Shown here piece after piece: positions 56,850-64,000 of a stretch of 64,000 nt of DNA. The position numbers were made by a program, and so were the translations under genes. Origin of the DNA: Scyliorhinus canicula (taxonomy: Eukaryota); assembly GCF_902713615.1 (NCBI RefSeq), contig NC_052146.1:309954335-310018334 (forward strand), read 5' to 3'. Under the pieces are notes generated by a model, which did not search any database, was not told the origin of the DNA, and worked only from the letters and a program-made list of their open reading frames with translations. Within the stretch, counting starts at the first letter, position 1. Each line of letters starts with the position of its first letter.

Positions 56850-57135
56850 ATCTTTATTATTGTCACAAGTAGGCTTACATTAACACCGCAATGAAGTTAT
56901 TGTGAAAACCCCCTCATCGCTACATTCCGCCTGATACACAGAGGGAGAATTCAGAATGTCCAATCCACCTAACAACACGTCTTTCGGGACTTGTGGGAGA
57001 AAACTGGAGCACCCGGAGGAAACCCACGCAGACACGGGGAGAGCGTGCAGACTCCGCACAGACAGTGACTCACACCGGGACTCGAACCTGGGACCCTGGT
57101 GCTGTGAAGCAACAGTGCTAACTACTCTGCTGTAC
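56850..57135 (-). mobile_element. tRNA-derived SINE
   Basis: Homologous to the SINEs at 60295-60597 and in the V repeat units. Confidence 0.8.
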
Positions 57136-58984
57136 CGACTACACAAACGGAACAAACAACAGAAAACTTCTCTGACACTGAAAGGGCATTGAGAATGTTG
57201 AAGAGAATAAGGAAACCACACAATAAACTTAATTTGTAGAAACACTAAAGATGGTAACTCCAAAAGTGAAATAATGATATGCAAAATGACTTGAAAGCAT
57301 TAACTGTATGAAAGCATTCTCAAATATGTCTGTAAAAATTAATGTCATAAACAGTTTCACCCATTTCGTTTCTCAAAGAAAGAGGGATTTGACATTATGG
57401 AAATGTTCAGAATATAAAGGGTTATTGCCATATCACAATTAACCACTAGGTGGAGCTAGATGGAGAACTACATAAAGCACTGACTCACAGATTTCTGGGA
57501 GAGGGCTGGAGGAGAGCGAGAGAGAGCAGTGATGGGGAGGGCAGTACAGTTAGAGATAGAGTGCAGAGACTAGTGTTAGTTGAGTGCGGATTGTAGATTA
57601 CTAGACTATTGCTTACTATAAGAGTAAGTGGTTGAGCTTAATTAAGTAGTTGAAGTTAAAACTCACCACTATTCTTAGAATTCCCCCTATACCAAAAAAA
57701 AGGTTGATATTCTAAATGGTGAACAGAGATTCTCACTCCCTGACTCCAATGCAGGCTTCTGTGGGTGCTATTCTGGTCAAACTATCTTTTCAAGTTATCC
57801 CCCGGTATAACCCATACCTTCACCGAAGAATTTTACCTACTTACCCCTTAATAGCATCGATGTCCTGGGTCTTGCGTTATTAAGGAAGTGAAGTAAGCTA
57901 ATAACCACTTTTTCAGGTTAAGTTATTTTTATTATTATATTTTTTCTTTTAAAAGCTGCAAACACTTTCTTTACAGAAAGGAAAAAGGATCTTGCTTCTG
58001 GCTGCTGGTTGCTTCAGGCCCACCTTGGCAATCGATCTTCTTAAAATCTGGTCTTCTTGAGTTGTATTCGCTGGTGAACTCGGTTGCTGTGTCCTGTTCT
58101 TCCCATGCACCGAGCTGTGAGAGCTGGCTCTGCTAGCTATCTCTAAGCTGACTCTGACTCCTGTTTAAATTCTAGTCTTCCTTAGATGTATAACTGTTTA
58201 AACTCGGCTGCTTGCCTTGTCTTTCCCATGACCGAGCTCTCTCTCTCTCTCTCTCTCTGAGTTCTCCTCCCCTTCTCTCCTGTTGCTGGTTTCCTCTGTC
58301 CTCTGTCCTCTGTGCTGCTGCTCCCTGGGTTTATATTCTCTTTCTGAGAGTTATTAAGTTTTAACGACTTTATTGTAAATGGGCTTGTTTCACTTTGATA
58401 GTTTAAAAGTATCTTTGATGTAAACATCTTACTACAACTAATTATTCATTTTGGGCATATCGTCTCCTCTCAGATCTGATTAAAAAATGCTTTGGTTTCA
58501 ATAGTTAACTTTTATTTCTGTGATTTCGAATCGTTTAATTTTCCAATTGTCCCCAGCTCATAACTTTGCCTTTGATTTTGACTTAAATGATGTTTCTCGT
58601 AGACAGGTCGTCTCCAATTTTCTTTTAATTGTCTTGATGTTCATAGAATTTTACACTTTAAAATTGACACCAAATTCGACTGGGCATCTTCCATCCTTTC
58701 CAGCTGTTTACTAAGAGAGTTTATTTCAATTAAGGTGTGAAACTTTGCTTTTAGCTGTATGCTAAAATTTAGCTTGGTTATGACTTGAAAGACTTGCCTG
58801 TTTTAAACATTCGTCACTTAATGCAATTGAAACTCTCATCCATGCTTTTTCAGATGCTTCCTGAGATAGTTACATTCCATGAAGGTGTGAGCCGTTGTTT
58901 TAGCTTACCACATGAAACCTGTGTGTTTGCTAAGCCTGCTTGTGAGCAAGAATCTGCATTTTACAACCCTGCTCTTTGAAGCTG

Positions 58985-59470
58985 CTATGAAACCTTTTGT
59001 GGGATCTTTCCCTGTACCCTCTCAAACCAGATATTGCCAGACTTCCATGTTTCAAATGACACATTTTTCTGTATTTTCAAGAACAAGTATAAATAAATGT
59101 TAGCTTTGTTAATGAACTTAGCTTCTGTGATCTTTGTGAACACTACAACATCCATCCTCAGAACAAGAATCACAAAGAACACCGCACTCCTCTGGACCCT
59201 TTCCAAGGCCACCACATCCTTCCTTAGATATGGGGCCCAAAACTGCTCACAATACTCCAAATGGGGTCTGACAAGAGCCTTATACAGCCTCAGAAGTACA
59301 TCCCTGGTCTTGTATTCTCTCCCTCTTGACATGAATGTGAACATTGCATTTGCCTTCCCAACTGCTGACTGAACCTGCAGATTAAATTTAGCTCATTTTG
59401 CACTTGGATTCCTAAGTCCCTTTGTGCTTCTGATTTCCCATTTAGAAAATAGTCTATACCTCCATCATTC
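58985..59470 (-). pseudogene. CR1 3'-region fragments
   Basis: LYKALVRPHLEYCEQFWAPYLRKD; QMEYNVGKCEVMHF. Confidence 0.8.
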
Positions 59471-59566
59471 CTATAAAAGTGCATAACCTCACACTTTCCC
59501 ACATTATATTCCATCTGCCCCTGCTTCCACAATGCTACCTGCCCCTCTGCATGTCATTGTATCAAG

Positions 59567-59765
59567 GTGGCGCAGTGCTGCCTCACGGCGCTAAGGTCCC
59601 AGGTTCGATCCCGGCTCTGGGTCATTGTCCGTGTCGAGTTTGCACATTCTCCCCGTGTTTGCGTGGGTTTCATCCCAACAACCCAAAGATGTGCAGGGTA
59701 GGTGGATTGGCCACACTAAATTGCCCCTTAATTGGAAAAAATGCATTGGGTGCTCTAAATTATGG
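59567..59765 (+). mobile_element. tRNA-derived SINE
   Basis: GGTGGCGCAGTG...GGTTCGATCCCGG head, with the same body as the copy at 15964. Confidence 0.8.
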
Positions 59766-59844
59766 AAAAAAAATTTTTGTATCAACTGCAAACTTAGCAA
59801 CAGTGCCTTCAGTTTTTTCTTCCAGATCATTAATGTATATTGTG

Positions 59845-60150
59845 TGTGGTGAATGTGATTCACACCGGATTATAATCTGTATATATATATGCCAAAATTG
59901 TAAGTGCAGTTGCACTACCTGACCACCAGGGGGAGTAACTGTGGGAATGCTGGAGAATTGTGCTGGGCTTCTCTCTTGGTTCCACCCAGGACTCCTCCCC
60001 CTGGAGCTGCTGTATAAAGATCAGTGCCACATGGTCAGCCGGCCAGTTCACCGAAAGTTCAATGGCTAACTGGCTGGCTCTGTTGTGAGTATATTAAAAC
60101 CGCTATTCTAATCCTACAAGCAAGTGTCCGTAGAATTGTTGGTTCCAACA
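59845..60150. mobile_element. Solo LTR (306 bp) in a CR1 fragment
   Basis: TGTGGTG...TTCCAACA termini, a 5-bp TSD TTGTG (59840-59844, 60151-60155) and an internal TATAAA. The CR1 flanks rejoin when it is removed. Confidence 0.75.
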
Positions 60151-60294
60151 TTGTGAAAAGTTGTGGTCCCAGCACAGACCCCTGAGGCACATCACTAGTC
60201 ACCAGCTGCCATTCTGAAAAACCCCTTTATCCCCACCACTACCTTCTGCCAGTCAGCCAATCCTCTGTCCATTAACACCATGGGCTCTTAACTT

Positions 60295-60597
60295 TATTTT
60301 TTCAAATCTTTATTATCACAAGTAGGCTTCCATTGCAATGACGTTACTATGAAAAGCCCAAATCACAAAATGTTGACGCCTGTTCAGGTACACAGAGGGA
60401 GAATTCAGAATGTCCAAATTACCGAACAGCACGTCTTTTGGGGCTTGTGGGAGGAAACCGGAGCACAGGGAAGGAACCCACGCAGACACGGGGAGAACCT
60501 GCAGACTCCGCACAGACAGTGACCCAAGCCGGGAATCGAACCTGGGACCCTGGTGCTGTGAACCCACAGTGCTAACCACTGTGCCACCGTGCTGCCC
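60295..60597 (-). mobile_element. tRNA-derived SINE, followed by a CR1 RT fragment to ~60810
   Basis: The reverse complement begins GAGGGCAGCACGGTGGCACAGTGGTTAGCAC. The downstream sequence encodes QHGFVKGRSCLTNLLEFF. Confidence 0.8.
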
Positions 60598-62419
60598 TCA
60601 ACAGTCTCCTATATGGCAACTTGTCAAAGATCTTCTGGAAATGAAAATAGATCACGTCCACTGGTTCTCCTTTGTCTAACTTCCCTGTTATATCCTCAAA
60701 GAACTCTAACAGATTTGTCAGACATGACCTCCCCTTGACGAAGCCGTGCTGACTCAGTCCTATTTTATCATGCAATTCCCAATACTCCGCGATCTCATCT
60801 TTAATAATGGATCCTGCCACTGGGGTTGGAAACAGGGCTGGGGGATGATTCTGTTTGGGTGGGCAGTGGGACACAGGAGCCACATTTTACTGGAGGGCAG
60901 CCACTTAATGTGGTCGTTGTCAGGATTGTGATTCTATTAAAAGTAGCAGCCTGCCCGAAAGAGCTACTGACCAATCAGAGGGTGGCAGCTCAGCAGTGGC
61001 TATTTTTGGGCCTGTGCCTGGAGGATGAGGGCACATCGATGGGCGCCTGCCTTCAACCTCTGAGGACGTGTGGGCTGGGAAGGCAAGCGCCAACGAGAAG
61101 GGGGCTGGCTACCAACAGGAGGCAACACTGTTGTTGTGGGGCAGCCAATTCCCCAGACGACGCTCCGCAGAATGCCCGGATTCCCAAAAGGGAAGGCACC
61201 TCACATACGCCGCTGGGAGAGCACCAGGGCTGATCTGCCCGTCTCCCCGGGCGATGGTGTGCCCTCCCCACACAGGAGAAATGCCCCTGACGGCAGGAAG
61301 TGGCCCTTAATTGGCCACTTAAGTGGTTCAACTGGGCTCAAGGTGCAGACTCCACCTGCTCCCCTTTCCTCCCATTAGTCAAGGGGCACGGCAACAGGAA
61401 GGCATCAGACCCACCAGTGGAACCCAGCTGCAGACTTTTGCCAGCCTTTCCACCTTGAAGCCAGAGGGCCTGGAAAATTCCAGCCTGGGAGTGTAAACTG
61501 ATGGGATCTGCTTTTCCCACTGCGCTCCTGCAGAAGGCCTTGAATCTTTGAGCTGCTAACTCGGGGCCTGAAGCTGGGGCATGGAGCACTCTGCACTTTG
61601 CTCCTTGACACTCACATCTAATCTGATCACAGCATTCACTTCACAAAAGGATTTTCAGAATCGCACTAACATTTATAAAAACAGGAATTTCAATTGTGGG
61701 GAAGTGGCTGAAACACACAAATGTTGGAAGAATTGGAGGTGGTGAGTTGTGAGCCGTGTGCCTGCTCGCTGGGTCTCAGCTTATTATAACCACATTACTG
61801 GGCAGCAATGACACACATCCTGCAAACACCCCATTGGTTCAGAATTTGACACTGTTGATTGTGTCTTTGGTGCAACATCAAGACCTCCTTGGCCAATTGG
61901 AACAGGCGTTGGTGCAGGGTAAACCTGGCTGCCTTTGATCTGTCCCAAATACCCCACACGGTCTCGGATATTGATCCATGTCAAATGGGAGATCCCAAAT
62001 TATCACCAGTCTATTGGGAGAGGGAACTGCAGGAAGCTAATCCGAAAGGAAGAGTTTTGAGTTCAGACATTAAAAAAGGAATCTGGAACAGATCCTGTTC
62101 AGTGAAGTTAAGAGTGAGGAGCCGAGGAAAGCTCCAGGTTTAAAGTGAGAAGCAGACTTAAAGTAAATGAGTCTGTGAGAAGCCCCGGGGTCCAAGGAGA
62201 CAACTGAAGGGCTGTAACTCCTGACTATCGCAAACAAGTACTTAGTTTCTGAGATTGGAAACAATCATGTGAAAGACAGTGACACCAAATGGCTCATAAT
62301 GTGAGAAACATCTGGTAAAAATTCATGAGAGATCCATGACATCTGTCACTTGGTTTCAGAGTGTGGTGTGTCTGACCACAGGTCACCTGTTAGATCAATG
62401 GACTATGTGCTTCCTGTGA

Positions 62420-62845
62420 ACATTAGAGTATGATGTGGAGATGCTGGCATTGGACTGGGTGAGCACAGTAAGAAGTCTGACAACACCAGGTTAAAGTCCG
62501 ACAGGTTTGTTTCAAATCACGAGCTTCCGGAGCACTGCTCCTTCCTCAGGTGAATGAAGAAGTATGTTCCAGAAACATATATATAGACAAAGTAAAAGAT
62601 GCAAGACAATTCTTTGAATGCAAGCAGATCCAGAGATAGGGGTAACCCCAGGTTAAAGAGATGTGAATTGTCTCAAACCAGGACAGTTGGTAGGATTTGG
62701 TAGGAAATCTCTGGATCTGTAAAGGCTTAATTACCTGCTAATGCTCGCATTCAAAGCATTGTCTGGCATCTTTGCCTTTGTCCATATCTATGTTTCTGGA
62801 ACATACCTCTTCATTCGCCTGAGGAAGAAGCAGTGCTCCGAACAT
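62420..62845. mobile_element. Penelope-like element remnants with inverted ~93-bp arms
   Basis: 62528-62620 and 62748-62840 are inverted repeats, each containing CTGAGGA-AG(G/A)AGCAGTGCTCC-G. Confidence 0.65.
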
Positions 62846-62949
62846 TCGAGTATGAGGTAGATTGTGTAAATTGTGTTATCCATATAAATCTGTAAAGGTA
62901 TAGTTATGGGTGAAGGACAAGTGCATTATTTCATGTTTTCTTGTTCAAT

Positions 62950-64000
62950 ACAGCAGAGGGCAGTAGAGCGGAGCTGCTGATTGGCTGTTGCTGGGAAAAT
63001 TTGCATCAGTGCATTGTGGTCACTGCATCCAGAATGTGTACCTGAGCAAGACACCCTCCGTGTTCAAGTGAAGGCAAGCATCCAGCAGAGGGCAGAGGTG
63101 GTCATAGATAATAGCTTCAGGGATGTAGTTACTCTGAAGTATGTGGATAGATGGGTGACGGTGAGAGGGGCTGGGAGGAAGCAGTCAGTACAGGGATCCC
63201 CCGTGGTTGTTCCTCTCAGTAACAAGTATACCATTTTGGATACTGTTGAGGGGGATGACCTACCTCATCCTACCTTGTACCCTACCTTGGTAGGCCAAGG
63301 TGAACGGATCTCCAGCACTGAATCTGTCCCTGTGGCTCAGAAGGGAAGTAGGGAGAGGAGAGCAATAGTTATTGCTGACTCGATTGTTAGAGGGACAGAT
63401 AGGCAGTTCTGTGGCAATGAAAGAGATTCACGGATGGTATGTTGCCTCCCGGGTGCCAGGGTACGTGACGTCTCGGACTGTGTTTTCAGAATCCTTAAGG
63501 GGGAGGGGGAACAGTCACAAGTCCTAGTACACATAGGTACCAATGACATCGGTAAGAGAAGGGACGGAGATTTAAAACAGGAATTTAGGGAGCTAGGGTG
63601 GAAGCTGAGAGCCAGGACAAACCATGTTGTCATCTCTGGTTGCTGCTGGTGCCACGTGCTAGCGAGTTGAGGATCAGGGAGAGAGTGCAGATAAACACAT
63701 GGCTGCAGGGATGGTGTAGGAGGGAGGGTTTCAGGCACGTGGATAATTGGAGCACATTCTGGGGAAGGTGGGACCTGTACAGACAGGATGGTTTGCACCT
63801 GAACCAGAGGGGCACCAATATCCTGGGAGGGAAATTTGCTGCGGCTCTTCGGGGGGGTTTAAACTAATTTGTCAGGGGGATGGAAAAATGAGCTGTAGTC
63901 CAGAAGCCAGTGTTGAGAGTAGTGAGGTACTGAGGAGGGTATCAAGGTCGCAGGCAGGCAAGGTGTACCGGCAGACAGAAAGGTGGGTTGAAGTGTGTCT
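62950..64000 (+). pseudogene. CR1 ORF1 (SGNH esterase) and the start of ORF2, frameshifted, running off the window
   Basis: IADSIVRGTDRQFCG...VHIGTNDIG...; paralogous to 6901-7900. Confidence 0.85.

Noticed and set aside
57400-58500. Possible LTR or additional gene exons
   Set aside because: The composition is LTR-like, but I could not define termini, a TSD or coding motifs.

Overview
Repeat-dense eukaryotic genomic DNA, almost certainly from an elasmobranch (shark). The organism call is inferred from HE1-like tRNA-SINEs that share their 3' tail with CR1/HER1-type LINEs. Two things stand out. (1) An immune-receptor gene, assembled by hand from splice phases. It has five 345-nt phase-1/phase-1 exons (13188, 27607, 29578, 31201, 32824), each encoding a TCR/Ig-light-chain-like V domain with a germline-joined J-like strand. 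There are no RSS and no C exon. The V exons are followed by one uncharged TM exon (35359-35509) and three cytoplasmic exons (37254-37297, 40365-40417, 42063-42179) whose phases fit exactly and give a tail with two ITIM-like tyrosine motifs. V2-V5 lie in a recent ~1.62-kb tandem array. (2) A young, apparently intact 9.9-kb retrovirus-like provirus (16933-26831) inside this locus, with LTRs ~99% identical and an AGGT TSD. It has a CCHC gag, a UGA-CGG readthrough into pro-pol with both a tether/Ty3-like RNase H and a retroviral RNase H, no env, and a 114-aa small type-I membrane protein where env would be. The remainder is a full-length L1, several CR1s, SINEs, MITEs, two decayed retroviral relics enclosed by a near-identical 274-bp inverted duplication, Penelope remnants with degenerate hammerhead cores, and several minisatellites. 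All assignments come from reading the sequence; no database search or phylogeny was run.
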